From positions 318 to 64,317 of the forward strand of contig JBMZMY010000004.1 of the NCBI GenBank assembly GCA_049619435.1: DNA of 64,000 bases, given 5' to 3'. This DNA is from Synechococcus sp. GTDB lineage: Bacteria; Cyanobacteriota; Cyanobacteriia; PCC-6307; Cyanobiaceae. Numbering within the stretch: the first letter of the stretch is position 1; each line of letters starts with the position of its first letter. This document shows positions 1 through 10,539 of this stretch, one piece after another. Both the position numbers and the translations under genes were made by a program. Below the pieces are notes generated by a model, which had not been told where the DNA came from, ran no database searches, and worked only from the letters and a program-made list of their open reading frames with translations.

Positions 1-2493
1 AACAGCACTGATGCGGATCGAGCGGTTCAACCCGTAATGGTTGATGCTGTTGGCCCCTTCGATCGGCTTGATCGCCGCCACATTGGCAAGGGAGACCAGG
101 CGGCCCTGGCGGTTGCGCACCATCAGCGTCTGCAGGTCTCCGATGTCCTGCCGTCCCGGGCTGTCCAGTTGCAGCACAATGCTGCGAATTCGGTTGCCTT
201 CGAAGGTGTCATCGATGTAGCGGCCACCGATTGCCAGGCCGATCTCCCGAAGGGTGGCCCCATAGTCGAGATCCAGGCTGGCGACTAGATCCCGATCCAG
301 GCTGAGCTCCCAGCGTGGTGAGCTGGCATCGAATCGGGTGCCCACGCGTTCGAAGCGACCGCTGGCTTTGACATCGCTGATCAGCGATTGGGCCACGGCT
401 TCGAAGGCCTTGAGGTCCAGTCGTCCGCCGCTCCGGTCCAACAGTTCCAGCTGCAGGGCTGAATCACTGCTGAACCCCCGAACGGTGGGGGGTGTTGTCA
501 CCACCACCTGCGCGTCACCGATGGACTGACGGATTCGACGGTTCAGCCGTTGTTTGATCGCGTCGCTGCTCTGCTCCCGACCGGGCCGCTCCGCCAGGGG
601 CGTTAGCCGGAGATAGAACGATCCCTTGTCTTCTCCGGTCTGGCCGAAGGAGTTGCCGGCATAGAAATTGCCAGTGCGGATCAAGGGCTCCTCCGCCACC
701 ACCGTTCGGATCCGATCCATCACCGCTACGGTGCGTTCCAGGCTGGCGCCCTCGGGCAGCGTGAAGAATCCACGGATCTGGCCCTGATCTTCATTGGGAA
801 TAAAGGCTGTGGGAATGCTGGACAGTCCGGTTGCCGTGGCGAGCAGGGCTGCCAGGAGGATGCCCAGCATCAAGCGACCGTGTCGCAAGCTGTTGCTCAG
901 CACGCGGCCGTAGGTCCGTTGCAGTCGTTCCATGCCGCCGCGCAATGCTGCGCTCACCCGATGCAGTGGTCCCGGTAAACGTCCACCCCGGCGCCGAAGC
1001 ACCACAGCGCAGGCCATGGGGGTGAAGGTGAGGGCATTGATGGTGGAAAAAACAATGGCCCCAGCGATGGCAATGGCAATCGGCTGGTAGAGCCGTCCGA
1101 TGGAGCCGGGAATCAGCAACACCGGCACAAACACCGCGGCGAGCACCAGGGAGGTGGCGACCACAGCGCCGGCCAGCTCCGCCATGGCGTCTTCTGCGGC
1201 CTGCTGGGGTGGGCTGCCTCGCTCGATCCGCCCGGCAATGTCTTCACTGACGACGATGGCGTCATCAACGACGATGCCTGTGGCCAGCACGAGACCAAAC
1301 AGGATCAGACTGTTGATGCTTGATCCGGTCCAACGCACGAGCACCAGACTCCCGATCAGAGCGACGGGCACGGCGACGCCAGGAATCAGCGCCAGGCGCC
1401 AGCGGCCCAACACCAACACCAGCACCGTGAGCACCAGCAGCACGGCGTCCCGCAGCGTTCCGAGTGTGCGATCGAGATTGGCCTGAACGCTGTCAGCCAC
1501 ATCAACGATCACCTGCATCTCCACCCCAGGGGGGAAGCTGGACTCCAGCCGGTCGAGTGCCGTGAGGACGGCCTGGCTCACGTCCAGGGCATTGGCTCCA
1601 TCGCGTTGGAAGATGCCGACGGCGATGGAGCGTTCTCCGTCCAGATTCATCGCCTGCCGGCCGTAGTTGCGCTGGCCAAGCACCACACGACCGACGTCTT
1701 TCAGTCGCAGCATGCCGCCCTCGCTCAGGGGCCTCAGAATCAGGTTCTCGAAGTCGCGCTGGCTGTGCAGCCGGCCATCGGCATTCACCGGCAATGTGAG
1801 CAGAGTGCCCGGTGTGGCAGGCGCCGCCCCCAGGCTTCCGACGGCAGCCAGCACGTTTTGTTCGGCAAGGGCGCGGGCCACGTCGCCCATGGTGAGATTG
1901 TTCTCTGCCAGACGCTGGGGATCGAGCCACAGCCGGAAGGCCAGATCACTGCTGCCGAAGATCTGCACATCGCCCACCCCAGGGGTGGTCAGCAGCGCGT
2001 CTCGAAGGGCCTGGTCAAGCCAGCCACCCAGATAGGCCGGTGCATACAGCCCGTTCTCATGGCTGAAGCCGAGGATCATCAACAGGTCGTTGGACGAGCG
2101 CCGTACCCGGAGTCCTTCCCGGCTGACCGCCTGGGGGAGCCGTCGGGTGGCCAGATTCACTTCGTTCTGAACCTTGATGGCGTTCAGCTCCGGATCTCCC
2201 TCCTTGAAGCGCAGGCTGATGCTGGCTCCACCCTGACGGCTGCTGGAGCTGATGCTGTCCAGTCCCTCCAAGCCCTGAAGCTGTTGCTCCAGGACCGTCG
2301 TCACGCTCTGTTCGACGACTTCAGGGGCGGCGGCCGGGAAGCTGGCACTCACGGAGACCCGTGTTGGTGCCAGTTGCGGAAGGTCTTCCAGGCCAAGTCC
2401 AGCCAGGGCTGTGACTCCCGCCAGCAGGATCAGCAGGCTGCAGACGATGGTGAACACCGGTCGCCGCAGAAACGGCTGGGAGATCGAGCGCAC
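1..2493 (-). CDS. RND efflux permease (AcrB/AcrD/AcrF family), 3' end runs off the window
   Basis: Not in the ORF track because it has no stop in the window. GTG at 2493 gives MRSISQPFLRRPVFTIVCSLLILLAG; conserved GIVVDDAIVVSE near 1245-1280; the same frame reads SINHYGLNRSIRI near position 1. Confidence 0.93.
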   Translation of the reverse strand, partial: MRSISQPFLRRPVFTIVCSLLILLAGVTALAGLGLEDLPQLAPTRVSVSASFPAAAPEVVEQSVTTVLEQQLQGLEGLDSISSSSRQGGASISLRFKEGDPELNAIKVQNEVNLATRRLPQAVSREGLRVRRSSNDLLMILGFSHENGLYAPAYLGGWLDQALRDALLTTPGVGDVQIFGSSDLAFRLWLDPQRLAENNLTMGDVARALAEQNVLAAVGSLGAAPATPGTLLTLPVNADGRLHSQRDFENLILRPLSEGGMLRLKDVGRVVLGQRNYGRQAMNLDGERSIAVGIFQRDGANALDVSQAVLTALDRLESSFPPGVEMQVIVDVADSVQANLDRTLGTLRDAVLLVLTVLVLVLGRWRLALIPGVAVPVALIGSLVLVRWTGSSINSLILFGLVLATGIVVDDAIVVSEDIAGRIERGSPPQQAAEDAMAELAGAVVATSLVLAAVFVPVLLIPGSIGRLYQPIAIAIAGAIVFSTINALTFTPMACAVVLRRRGGRLPGPLHRVSAALRGGMERLQRTYGRVLSNSLRHGRLMLGILLAALLATATGLSSIPTAFIPNEDQGQIRGFFTLPEGASLERTVAVMDRIRTVVAEEPLIRTGNFYAGNSFGQTGEDKGSFYLRLTPLAERPGREQSSDAIKQRLNRRIRQSIGDAQVVVTTPPTVRGFSSDSALQLELLDRSGGRLDLKAFEAVAQSLISDVKASGRFERVGTRFDASSPRWELSLDRDLVASLDLDYGATLREIGLAIGGRYIDDTFEGNRIRSIVLQLDSPGRQDIGDLQTLMVRNRQGRLVSLANVAAIKPIEGANSINHYGLNRSIRISAV

Positions 2494-2532
2494 CGGGGCT
2501 CCAGGGAATCCAGCGGAATCCTGACAGCAGAA

Positions 2533-2564
2533 ATCCCCTGAAGCACCTCAGTGCCTCAGGGGAT
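2533..2564 (-). terminator. Hairpin downstream of psaL, probable terminator or stabiliser
   Basis: Minus strand ATCCCCTGAGGCAC-TGAG-GTGCTTCAGGGGAT, 14-bp stem with one G.U pair, followed by a short TTCT. Confidence 0.65.
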
Positions 2565-2598
2565 GCGTGAATCCTGCTGAATGGGTCAGACGTTGACC

Positions 2599-3090
2599 TC
2601 AGCCGACGCTCCAAACGCCACCGGCGATCTGAACCAGGGGAGCAACGATGGTGGTGCCGCAGAGGAACCAGGCGAAGGCTGCGCCACCGCAACCACCCAG
2701 CCAGAAGCCACTGGCGAACTCAGCCCAGCCCGCCTTGGTGAACAGGTCGGCAGGGGGGTTGTCGATCGTTGCGTCCGCGGGCTGGACATTCGGTCCGTTG
2801 CCGGCAGTGCCATAGATGGACAGGCAAACCGTGAGGATCGACACGAGACCGATGGTGGCCAGCAGGCCGGCATTGGCGGCGAACTCGCTCGCCCGCAGCG
2901 GTCCACAGATGGTCAGCGGTCCGTAGAGGAAAAAGCCATGGGCCATGCCGATCTCCAGGCCCCGGCGGTTGGGGGAGAGCGCAGGGCGGTAGGCGGGAAG
3001 GCCGTTAAGGAACGCTTTGGTGAACGCATTGCTGTTCACCGGAGTGGCCAGGTTGCCGACGGTGGGGTCGGCGACGGGGGTCACGGTCAT
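2599..3090 (-). CDS. psaL: Photosystem I subunit XI
   Basis: [36 protein letters not shown] motifs. Confidence 0.98.
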   Translation of the reverse strand: MTVTPVADPTVGNLATPVNSNAFTKAFLNGLPAYRPALSPNRRGLEIGMAHGFFLYGPLTICGPLRASEFAANAGLLATIGLVSILTVCLSIYGTAGNGPNVQPADATIDNPPADLFTKAGWAEFASGFWLGGCGGAAFAWFLCGTTIVAPLVQIAGGVWSVG

Positions 3091-3127
3091 GGGGGAGATG
3101 AACGGTGGGAAAGGGGGGCCTGCGACC

Positions 3128-3244
3128 TCAGTCGCGGGCTTCGATCACGTTGAACAGCAGGGTCATGGCCACGGCCGGACCCACGATTCCCACGAGGGGG
3201 ACGAACACCGAGGGCATCCAGGCAGCGACAAAGTCTCCGGTCAT
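3128..3244 (-). CDS. psaI: Photosystem I subunit VIII (38 aa, not in ORF track)
   Basis: Hand translation [38 protein letters not shown], directly upstream of psaL. Confidence 0.96.
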   Translation of the reverse strand: MTGDFVAAWMPSVFVPLVGIVGPAVAMTLLFNVIEARD

Positions 3245-3334
3245 GGCGACGGCCAAAACATCCGCCGTTACTGTAGGGATGACTGTTCTGACGGCTGCTC
3301 AGCGCCGCATCCGCGACATAAAAGTTCAATCCAC

Positions 3335-3805
3335 ATGAATGCCTTTTTCGTTGCGATCCCTGCCGGTCTGGTTGCTCTCTTCCTTGTACTGAAGGGGCGT
3401 CCGGTCAAACCGTTGCTGGCCCGGACCGATGTTGATGACATCGCAGCCCTGAATCGGCAGCAGCTCTCTTTGGTGCTTGAAGCCGATCCCCTGCTAGAGC
3501 CCCCGCACGAGCCAGCTCAAGCACCAAACTGGGCGACACCGACCACCGAGCGTGAGCGTCTCGCACTGATGCAGCAGCTCACCCAGGCAATGAATGCGGG
3601 GCCGGAGGATCGTTTGCAGGCCGTCCTTCGGGCCGATGACTGGGGGGCGAGCGCCGTGCTTCCGATTCTGCGGCGTGGACTGCGCGACAGCGATGCCCGG
3701 GTGATGGAGGCCGCAGCGTCTGCGATGCAGCGTTTCCGTGGTGCGGCCAAACGCCCCCAGCCTCAGGCTGCTCCTTTGCCGCGCAATGTGGCCCGGATGC
3801 GATAG
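3335..3805 (+). CDS. Membrane-anchored HEAT-repeat-like hypothetical protein
   Basis: ATG 3335; N-terminal hydrophobic helix; HEAT-like LPILRRGLRDSDARVMEAAASAM. Confidence 0.75.
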   Translation: MNAFFVAIPAGLVALFLVLKGRPVKPLLARTDVDDIAALNRQQLSLVLEADPLLEPPHEPAQAPNWATPTTERERLALMQQLTQAMNAGPEDRLQAVLRADDWGASAVLPILRRGLRDSDARVMEAAASAMQRFRGAAKRPQPQAAPLPRNVARMR

Positions 3806-4749
3806 ATCGGTCGGTCCTGGCTTTCGTGATAGGTGCGGATCTGCAATTCGCCGAGCAGACCGAAGCAGAACAGCTGAATGCCGGCCAGTCCAAGAACCAC
3901 GGCAAGGGTGAGCAGCGGCCTGTTGCCGATGTCACCCCCCATCAGCTTCACCGCCAGCAGGTAGCTGCTGGCCAACAGACTCAACACGATCGCGATCAGA
4001 CCGCCGAAGCCGAACACGTACATCGGTCGGGTCAGGAAGCGTTTCATGAACCACACCGTGAGCAGGTCCATCAGCACGCGGAACGTGCGATCGATTCCGT
4101 ATTTGCTGCTGCCGAACTGGCGGGCCCGGTGGTTCACTTTCACTTCCGTGATGCGGGCGCCCTCGATGAAGGCCAGGGCCGGCAGAAAACGGTGGAGTTC
4201 GCCGTAAAGACGCATGTCCGAGAGCACGTCTCGGCTGTAGGCCTTGAGAGAACAGCCGTAGTCGTGGAGTCGGACTCCCGTGACGCGCCCGATCAGACGG
4301 TTGGCGATCTTGGAGGGAAGCTTGCGTTGCAGAGCGGCATCCTGGCGCTGGTGCCTCCATCCGCTGACGAGGTCGTACCCCTCGCGCAGTTTGGCGAGCA
4401 GCATCGGAATGTCCGCGGGATCGTTCTGCAGGTCGCCGTCGAGACTGACGATCACCTCGCCCTGGGCCACATCAAAGCCGGCAGCCATCGCTGCGGTCTG
4501 GCCGTAGTTCTTGCGCAGCAGGACGCCCACCAGTTCAGGGACCTCGGCACAGAGGTCCTCCAGCACAGCTGCCGTGCCATCGCTCGAGCCATCGTTGACC
4601 AGCACGAGTTCGAAGCGCTCGTCGGTGGGACGCAGTGCTGCGAGCAGCTGTTCCACCAGATGGGGCAGGCTTTCTTCTTCGTTGTACAGCGGCACCACCA
4701 CCGATAGATCCAGGGGTGCGCTCATGCCGGATGGAGAAGATTCGCTCAA
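3763..4749 (-). CDS. Glycosyltransferase family 2 (polyprenol-phosphate glycosyltransferase type)
   Basis: LSVVVPLYNEE, VNDGSSDGT, DGDLQNDP, two C-terminal TM helices; alternative start ATG 4725. Confidence 0.92.
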   Translation of the reverse strand: MSESSPSGMSAPLDLSVVVPLYNEEESLPHLVEQLLAALRPTDERFELVLVNDGSSDGTAAVLEDLCAEVPELVGVLLRKNYGQTAAMAAGFDVAQGEVIVSLDGDLQNDPADIPMLLAKLREGYDLVSGWRHQRQDAALQRKLPSKIANRLIGRVTGVRLHDYGCSLKAYSRDVLSDMRLYGELHRFLPALAFIEGARITEVKVNHRARQFGSSKYGIDRTFRVLMDLLTVWFMKRFLTRPMYVFGFGGLIAIVLSLLASSYLLAVKLMGGDIGNRPLLTLAVVLGLAGIQLFCFGLLGELQIRTYHESQDRPIYRIRATLRGKGAA

Positions 4750-4773
4750 CTTAATCGGGCTGCTTCGGCAGCC

Positions 4774-5502
4774 TCAGGGGAGCGTGCTGCCGTCATGGCA
4801 GCGCGTGACACGGCCGGCCCCACGGAGCTCCCGCCGGTAGTGGCGGGCCACGGGATGGTCATCACTGGGATGGATGCTGTCGATGCCGATGCCATTGCGG
4901 CCGTGCTGGCGGCCGGAACTGTGGCGGTACCGTCCCGCGCCGAGGTGGATGCCGACGTGGGTGCAGCGCTGTGCGGTGCCGAAAAACAGCAGGTCCCCCG
5001 GCTTGAGCAGGCGGGCGTCGCCGGGATGGACGGCCACCGGCGTGCAGAAGCGTTCCTGTTGGTAGGCGTCGCGGGGAATCCAGATGCCCTGGCTGGCAAA
5101 GGCGGTCTGCATCAGGCCGGAGCAGTCCATGTCCGGCGCTGTGGTGCCCCCCCACAGATAGACATTGGCTTGCTGCTGGGCTTGCTCGGTCCAGGCCAGA
5201 ACAGCGGCCAAGCGCTGCTGGATCTGGGTGGCATCGAGCAGCCGTGGTTGCCATGGCCCGCGTTCGGCGGCGCAGCCAATCACATCCTCCAGGTCAAGCC
5301 AGCAGCGGTAGCCGTCCTCCAGCAGCTGGACCCGCAGCCGATCTCCATCCTGGCCAAGGATGCAAAAGCCACGGCCTGCACAGGCTTGCGTGGCCAGTGC
5401 TTTGCCCCGGGGGCGGGCGTAGCCGTTGACATCCCTTCGCAGCTCCCAGCAGCGTCCCGGTTGGCTCAGCTCAGGGGCCAGCAGGGTGCTTAAGGTCGCC
5501 AT
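4774..5502 (-). CDS. NlpC/P60 (C40) peptidoglycan endopeptidase
   Basis: YLWGG, DCSGL, PGDLLFF, HVGI motifs; start taken at ATG 5502. Confidence 0.9.
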   Translation of the reverse strand: MATLSTLLAPELSQPGRCWELRRDVNGYARPRGKALATQACAGRGFCILGQDGDRLRVQLLEDGYRCWLDLEDVIGCAAERGPWQPRLLDATQIQQRLAAVLAWTEQAQQQANVYLWGGTTAPDMDCSGLMQTAFASQGIWIPRDAYQQERFCTPVAVHPGDARLLKPGDLLFFGTAQRCTHVGIHLGAGRYRHSSGRQHGRNGIGIDSIHPSDDHPVARHYRRELRGAGRVTRCHDGSTLP

Positions 5503-5519
5503 GGCCTGATGCGTGCACC

Positions 5520-6416
5520 ATGGCGTTCTACCGCCCCGACCCGGCAATGGAATCCAGGCTGGCGACGGTCCTGGATCGATTGGACGGCGAGGGGCGCCCA
5601 GGGCTGCGCAACAGTCTGTCGGTGACTTGGGTGCGCTACGACGAGGCCTCTCCCCAGGCCGGGCAAGGCTTTGGGGCGGCCTGGAACGAGCAGCGGCTTC
5701 ATTACCCCGCCAGCGTGGTCAAGCTCGTCTACGCCGTCGCCGTCGAGCAGTGGCTTCAGAAGGATCTGATCCCCGACAGCGATGAACTGCAACGCGCCCT
5801 GCGCGACATGATCGGCGACTCCAGCAATGACGCCACCGGTTTGATCGTGGATCTGCTGACGGGGACCACGAGCGGTCCCCAGCTGGATGCCCTCGGCTGG
5901 CCCTCCTGGCAACGCCAGCGCCGCTTGGTCAACGATTGGCTGGCAACGCTGGAATGGCCGGAACTGGAGGGTGTCAACTGTTGCCAGAAGACCTGGTCGG
6001 ATGGTCCCTATGGGCGCGACAAGCTCTTTTACGGCGCTGATAACAGCAACCGCAATGCGTTGTCCACAGCCGCCACGGCGCGGCTGCTGGAGGCCGTGAT
6101 GACCGGCGCGATCGTTTCCCCTCCGGCCTGTCGTCGTTTGCGTGATCTGTTGGATCGCTCCCTGGATCCGGACCAGCGGCAGGCCGATCCTGAAAACCAG
6201 GTGGATGGATTCCTCGGGGAAGCTTTACCCGCAGGATCACGGCTCTGGAGCAAGGCCGGCTGGATGAGCCAAGCCCGCCATGACGCCATCTGGTGTCAGC
6301 GCGGCAATCAGGACCAGCCACCGATGCTGATCGTGGCGTTCGGCACGGGTCGCGACAGAGCCAAGGACGACACGCTGATGCCCGAACTCGCTCGGGCTCT
6401 CACGGCGATCAGCTGA
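5520..6416 (+). CDS. Class A beta-lactamase-like serine hydrolase (cyanobacterial PBP-A type)
   Basis: PASVVK (SxxK), SSN (SDN position), KAG (KTG position). Confidence 0.85.
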   Translation: MAFYRPDPAMESRLATVLDRLDGEGRPGLRNSLSVTWVRYDEASPQAGQGFGAAWNEQRLHYPASVVKLVYAVAVEQWLQKDLIPDSDELQRALRDMIGDSSNDATGLIVDLLTGTTSGPQLDALGWPSWQRQRRLVNDWLATLEWPELEGVNCCQKTWSDGPYGRDKLFYGADNSNRNALSTAATARLLEAVMTGAIVSPPACRRLRDLLDRSLDPDQRQADPENQVDGFLGEALPAGSRLWSKAGWMSQARHDAIWCQRGNQDQPPMLIVAFGTGRDRAKDDTLMPELARALTAIS

Positions 6417-6437
6417 ACGAAGTCAGACGATCTGGAA

Positions 6438-6526
6438 CGGAGAGGGAGGGATTCGAACCCTCGACAGAAGTTGCCTCCTGTAACTCCTTAGCAGGGAGCC
6501 GCTTTCAACCACTCAGCCACCTCTCC
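6438..6526 (-). tRNA. tRNA-Ser(GCT)
   Basis: GGAGAGGTGGCTGAGTGG...CT GCT AA...long variable arm...GGTTCGAATCCCTCCCTCTCCG; no encoded CCA. Confidence 0.97.
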
Positions 6527-6563
6527 AGCGGCGGCGCCATCCTATCAACACCAGGGTCGGTCG

Positions 6564-7703
6564 TCAGACCTCGATGCGGGGTAGACGTCGTTTGAAACCG
6601 CAGAGGATTTCCCAGGGGATGGAGCCACACCGCTCGCTCCAGTCCTGGGGCGAGATTGTCTCCTCGTCGTCCTGGCCCAGCAGGGTGACGATGTCGCCGG
6701 GGCGCACGGGGCCCGCGTCGGTCGCATCCACGAGCAACTGATCCATGGTGATCGCGCCCACCTGCGGCAGGCGTTGACCGCGATGGAGCACATCGATGCG
6801 GTCGCTGAGGGCTCGCGCCACACCATCGGCATAGCCGATGGCAATGACGGCCAGCCGGGTCGGACGCTTGCTGATGAAGCGTCGCCCGTAGCTGGCGCTC
6901 ACGCCGGCTGGGATCGAGCGCACCAGCGTGACCCGTGCTTTCACGGAGAGGGCCGGTTGCAGCGCCAGGGTGTCGCTCAGATGGGCGGCGGGAGTATGGC
7001 CGTAGAGCGCCAGACCCACCCGGACCATGTCGTGATGGAGCGCCCGGCTCTGCAGGGTGCCGGCCGAATTCGCCAGGTGGCAGCAGAGATCGCGTCCCCG
7101 CTGAGGGAGTTGATCGAGCACGGTGCGAAAGCGTTGATGCTGGAGCGCGGTGAAGGCCCCGTCATCGCCGTCGATTGGGCCATCGGCACAGGCCAGATGG
7201 CTGTACAGCCCGGATAGGTCCAAATCCTCCTGGCTGCGGATCAGCTCGACAAGGCGGGATCCCTCCTCCCATGCACAGCCCAGGCGCGCCATCCCCGTGT
7301 CCAGCTTGAGGTGCACGGCAAAGCGTCGTCCGCTGTCCCCAGCCAGGCTCTGACAGAGCTGGATGTCGTCGGCCGTGCTCAGCGTTGGCATCAGACGCCA
7401 GTGCAGACAATGCCGCAGTTGTTCGGCATCGCTGAGATGGCCGAGCAGAAGGATCGGAACCTCCAGTCCGGCCCGTCGCAGCTCCAGCCCTTCGGCCAGG
7501 GTGGCGACCCCCAGGCTGCTGGCCCCGCCGCGCAGGGCGGCGCGGGCGACACTTTCCGCTCCATGGCCATAGCCGTCGGCCTTGACGACAGCCATCAGCT
7601 GCGTCCCCGACGCGAGGTGCCCGCAGACGGCACGAGCATTGCTCTCGATCGCCTGCGGTGAGACTTCGACCCAGGCACGCTGGCGCGGATCCAGCGCTGT
7701 CAT
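6564..7703 (-). CDS. alr: Alanine racemase
   Basis: AVVKADGYGHG PLP-lysine motif, HLKLDTGMARLG, IGYADG; start uncertain (7703 vs 7733/7736). Confidence 0.96.
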   Translation of the reverse strand: MTALDPRQRAWVEVSPQAIESNARAVCGHLASGTQLMAVVKADGYGHGAESVARAALRGGASSLGVATLAEGLELRRAGLEVPILLLGHLSDAEQLRHCLHWRLMPTLSTADDIQLCQSLAGDSGRRFAVHLKLDTGMARLGCAWEEGSRLVELIRSQEDLDLSGLYSHLACADGPIDGDDGAFTALQHQRFRTVLDQLPQRGRDLCCHLANSAGTLQSRALHHDMVRVGLALYGHTPAAHLSDTLALQPALSVKARVTLVRSIPAGVSASYGRRFISKRPTRLAVIAIGYADGVARALSDRIDVLHRGQRLPQVGAITMDQLLVDATDAGPVRPGDIVTLLGQDDEETISPQDWSERCGSIPWEILCGFKRRLPRIEV

Positions 7704-7777
7704 CGGATTGTGGTGAGCGTTGTCACCAGGCATCACCGCAGATCCTCGATAGCATGGCGGTCATGCCGCGAGCTGGC

Positions 7778-8284
7778 ATGGGCCAGGTTCTCGTTCTCAA
7801 TGCGTCCTACGAGCCGTTGAATATCACCACCTGGCGCCGGGCCATGGTGATGACGCTCAAGGGAAAAGCGGAAGGATTGGAGTACGACGCCAATCGGGAG
7901 ATTCGGCGCGGCACCCACCCGCCGACCGTGATCCGGCTTCGGCAATACGTCAAGATTCCGTACCGTCAACTGCCGCTGACGCGTCGCAATCTGTTTCATC
8001 GAGACCATCACAGTTGCCAGTACTGCGGAAGCAGCAGCGAGCAGCTTTCGATGGATCATGTCGTTCCCCGCAGCCGTGGCGGAGCCGACACCTGGGAAAA
8101 CGTCACGACCGCTTGCCTCAGCTGCAATGTCCGCAAAGGCAACCGAACACCCAAGGAGGCGGGGATGCCGTTGCGTCATATCCCCCGTCGCCCGCTCAGC
8201 AGCCTGAGTTTTGAGGCCTCACGGCAGATTCATTCCGGCGATCACCGTGAATGGGCGAAGTACATGATCGGAGCTGACGACTGA
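7778..8284 (+). CDS. HNH endonuclease family protein
   Basis: VLVLNASYEPL, RDHHSCQYCG, DHVVPRSRGG, ENVTTACLSCNVRKG. Confidence 0.92.
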   Translation: MGQVLVLNASYEPLNITTWRRAMVMTLKGKAEGLEYDANREIRRGTHPPTVIRLRQYVKIPYRQLPLTRRNLFHRDHHSCQYCGSSSEQLSMDHVVPRSRGGADTWENVTTACLSCNVRKGNRTPKEAGMPLRHIPRRPLSSLSFEASRQIHSGDHREWAKYMIGADD

Positions 8285-8294
8285 GGACGCGGTC

Positions 8295-9392
8295 TCAGTC
8301 GTCCTCCTGATCGCTGAGGGCAGCCAGTTTCTGGCGTTGTTCCTCCGCTTGGCAGGCTCCGATCACATCCTCGAGCTGACCTTCCAGCACCGGATCCAAG
8401 GAGAAGTTCCGTCCGAGACGATGGTCCGTTGCTCGGTTGTCCTTGTAGTTGTAGGTGCGGATTTTTTCGGAGCGGTCGCCGCTACCGACCTGGGCCCGTC
8501 GGTCACTGCTTTCCCGTTCCGCGGCGGCGGCCAGTTCCCGTTCCAGCAATTTGGCGCGCAGGATTTCAAGGGCGCGCTCACGGTTCTGCAGCTGAGAGCG
8601 CTCCTGGGTGCAGAACACCCGAATTCCCGTGGGTTTATGCAGCAGATCCACGGCGGTTTCGACTTTGTTGACGTTCTGGCCACCGGCTCCACCGGACCGT
8701 GCGGTGCTGATGTCCAGGTCTTTGGGGTCCAACTGCACTTCCACGGCATCGGCCTCCGGCATCACGGCCACGGTGGCTGTCGAGGTGTGCACGCGCCCCT
8801 GAGATTCCGTTGCCGGAACGCGTTGCACCCGGTGCACCCCGGCTTCGAATTTCAGTTGACTGAACACGCTGTCACCTTTGACGGACAGGATCAGTTCACG
8901 GAAGCCGCCGAGGTCGGCTTCGGTGCTGCTGACGGGCTGCACGGACCATCCGATCTTCTGGCTGTAACGCTCGTACATCCGTGCCAGGTCACCCGCCCAG
9001 AGGCACGCTTCATCGCCCCCTGCCCCAGCACGAATTTCCAGCATCACGCTGCGCTCGTCGCGGGGGTCGCGGGGCAGAAGGGCCACCGTGAGCCGTTCGA
9101 TCAAGGCCGTCCGCTGCCCGTCGAGCAGGCTGAGTTCATCCTGCGCGAGGGATTCCATGGCCGCATCACCGCGGCTGTCCTTCAGGAGTTGCTTGGCGTC
9201 GGCGTGCTCTTTGTCGAGACGCTGAAGCTGCTCAAAATCAACAACAAGCGGCTCAAGACGCGCACGTTCCCGTGCAATCGTCTCAAGCCGCTTGGGGTCC
9301 GACGCGACATCAGGATCGGCCAGTTGACGCTCAAGGGTGCGAAAACTGGCCGATGCCGCTTCGAGGCGCGTAATCAGGTTCGAGGCGTCCAT
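8295..9392 (-). CDS. prfA: Peptide chain release factor 1
   Basis: GGQ motif; PAT recognition loop ([13 protein letters not shown]). Confidence 0.98.
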   Translation of the reverse strand: MDASNLITRLEAASASFRTLERQLADPDVASDPKRLETIARERARLEPLVVDFEQLQRLDKEHADAKQLLKDSRGDAAMESLAQDELSLLDGQRTALIERLTVALLPRDPRDERSVMLEIRAGAGGDEACLWAGDLARMYERYSQKIGWSVQPVSSTEADLGGFRELILSVKGDSVFSQLKFEAGVHRVQRVPATESQGRVHTSTATVAVMPEADAVEVQLDPKDLDISTARSGGAGGQNVNKVETAVDLLHKPTGIRVFCTQERSQLQNRERALEILRAKLLERELAAAAERESSDRRAQVGSGDRSEKIRTYNYKDNRATDHRLGRNFSLDPVLEGQLEDVIGACQAEEQRQKLAALSDQEDD

Positions 9393-9413
9393 GCGCCGCG
9401 ATCAACGAACCAC

Positions 9414-9647
9414 TCAGGATTCGGCGTCGTCTTTCTTCTTGCCGCCCATGCCGTACTTGCGCATGAAGCGATCCACACGACCCTCGGTGTCGAGAATCTT
9501 CTGGGTGCCGGTGAAGAAGGGATGGTTGCCGCTCCAGACGTCGACGTGAATCTCCGGCTGGGTGGAGCCAGTGGTCATCACCACTTCGCCGTTGCAGATC
9601 ACCTTGGCATCGGGGTACCAGGTGGGATGAATCTCGGGCTTGGGCAT
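9414..9647 (-). CDS. rpmE: 50S ribosomal protein L31
   Basis: IHP, DVWSGNHPFFTG, GRVDRF. Confidence 0.97.
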   Translation of the reverse strand: MPKPEIHPTWYPDAKVICNGEVVMTTGSTQPEIHVDVWSGNHPFFTGTQKILDTEGRVDRFMRKYGMGGKKKDDAES

Positions 9648-9688
9648 GGTTGTTGGGTTCTGAAGCGGAAACAGAGCAAGCGGCTGAA

Positions 9689-10090
9689 TCAGCGCTTGGA
9701 GAACTGAGGAGCCTTACGGGCTTTCTTGAGGCCGTACTTGCGACGCTCCTTGGCACGGGGGTCGCGGCTGAGGTGGCCTTCCACCTTCAGAGGCTTGCGG
9801 TTGTCAGCGGATAACTCACAGAGAGCGCGGGCAGCGCCCTGCTTGATGGCACCAGCCTGGCCGGTGAGACCACCGCCACGCACGTTGACCAGGACGTCGT
9901 ACTCGGTGGTGAGTCCGAGGGTGTCCAGGGGGGCCTTAACCGCTGCGATGTAGGCAGGGTTGTAGTTCAGGTAGTTGTCACCCGGACGACCATTGATGGT
10001 GATCGTTCCGTTGCCGGGAACAAGGCGGACCCTGGCGACGGATGTTTTACGGCGACCGGTGCCCCAGTAGACGACGGAATTGGTGCTCAT
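9689..10090 (-). CDS. rpsI: 30S ribosomal protein S9
   Basis: [12 protein letters not shown]...[11 protein letters not shown]. Confidence 0.99.
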   Translation of the reverse strand: MSTNSVVYWGTGRRKTSVARVRLVPGNGTITINGRPGDNYLNYNPAYIAAVKAPLDTLGLTTEYDVLVNVRGGGLTGQAGAIKQGAARALCELSADNRKPLKVEGHLSRDPRAKERRKYGLKKARKAPQFSKR

Positions 10091-10539
10091 TTGGCGGAAG
10101 CGGCGGGATCAAGCTTGAGGGGCTGGGGCTGCTGGGCGGCATGGGGATGCTCGCTGCCCTTGTAGACCTTGAGCTTCCGGAACATCTGACGCCCGAGGGC
10201 GTTGTGGGGAAGCATGCCTTTGATGGCTTTCTCGACGATCCGCTCGGGGATGCGCTCTTGAAGAGCCTCGAAGGTTTCAACCTTCATGCCGCCGGGACGA
10301 CCGGAATGGCGGCGATACAGCTTTTGCTGGGGCTTGCGGCCGCTGACTTGGATCTTTTCAGCATTCACAATCACCACGAAATCACCCGTATCCATGTGCG
10401 GGGTGAAGTTGGGATTGTTCTTGCCGCGCAGCACGGCAGCGACTTCGGTGGCTAGGCGACCGAGGGTCTGATTCTCGGCGTCCACCAGATACCACTGGCG
10501 GTCGATCGAATCAATCGGGGGAAGTGAGGTCTTGTTCAT
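10087..10539 (-). CDS. rplM: 50S ribosomal protein L13
   Basis: [22 protein letters not shown]. Confidence 0.99.
   Translation of the reverse strand: MNKTSLPPIDSIDRQWYLVDAENQTLGRLATEVAAVLRGKNNPNFTPHMDTGDFVVIVNAEKIQVSGRKPQQKLYRRHSGRPGGMKVETFEALQERIPERIVEKAIKGMLPHNALGRQMFRKLKVYKGSEHPHAAQQPQPLKLDPAASAK

Noticed and set aside
7778-8284. HNH gene as a homing or defence element
   Set aside because: No methylase, integrase, intron or repeats nearby and no compositional shift; looks like a resident gene next to prfA
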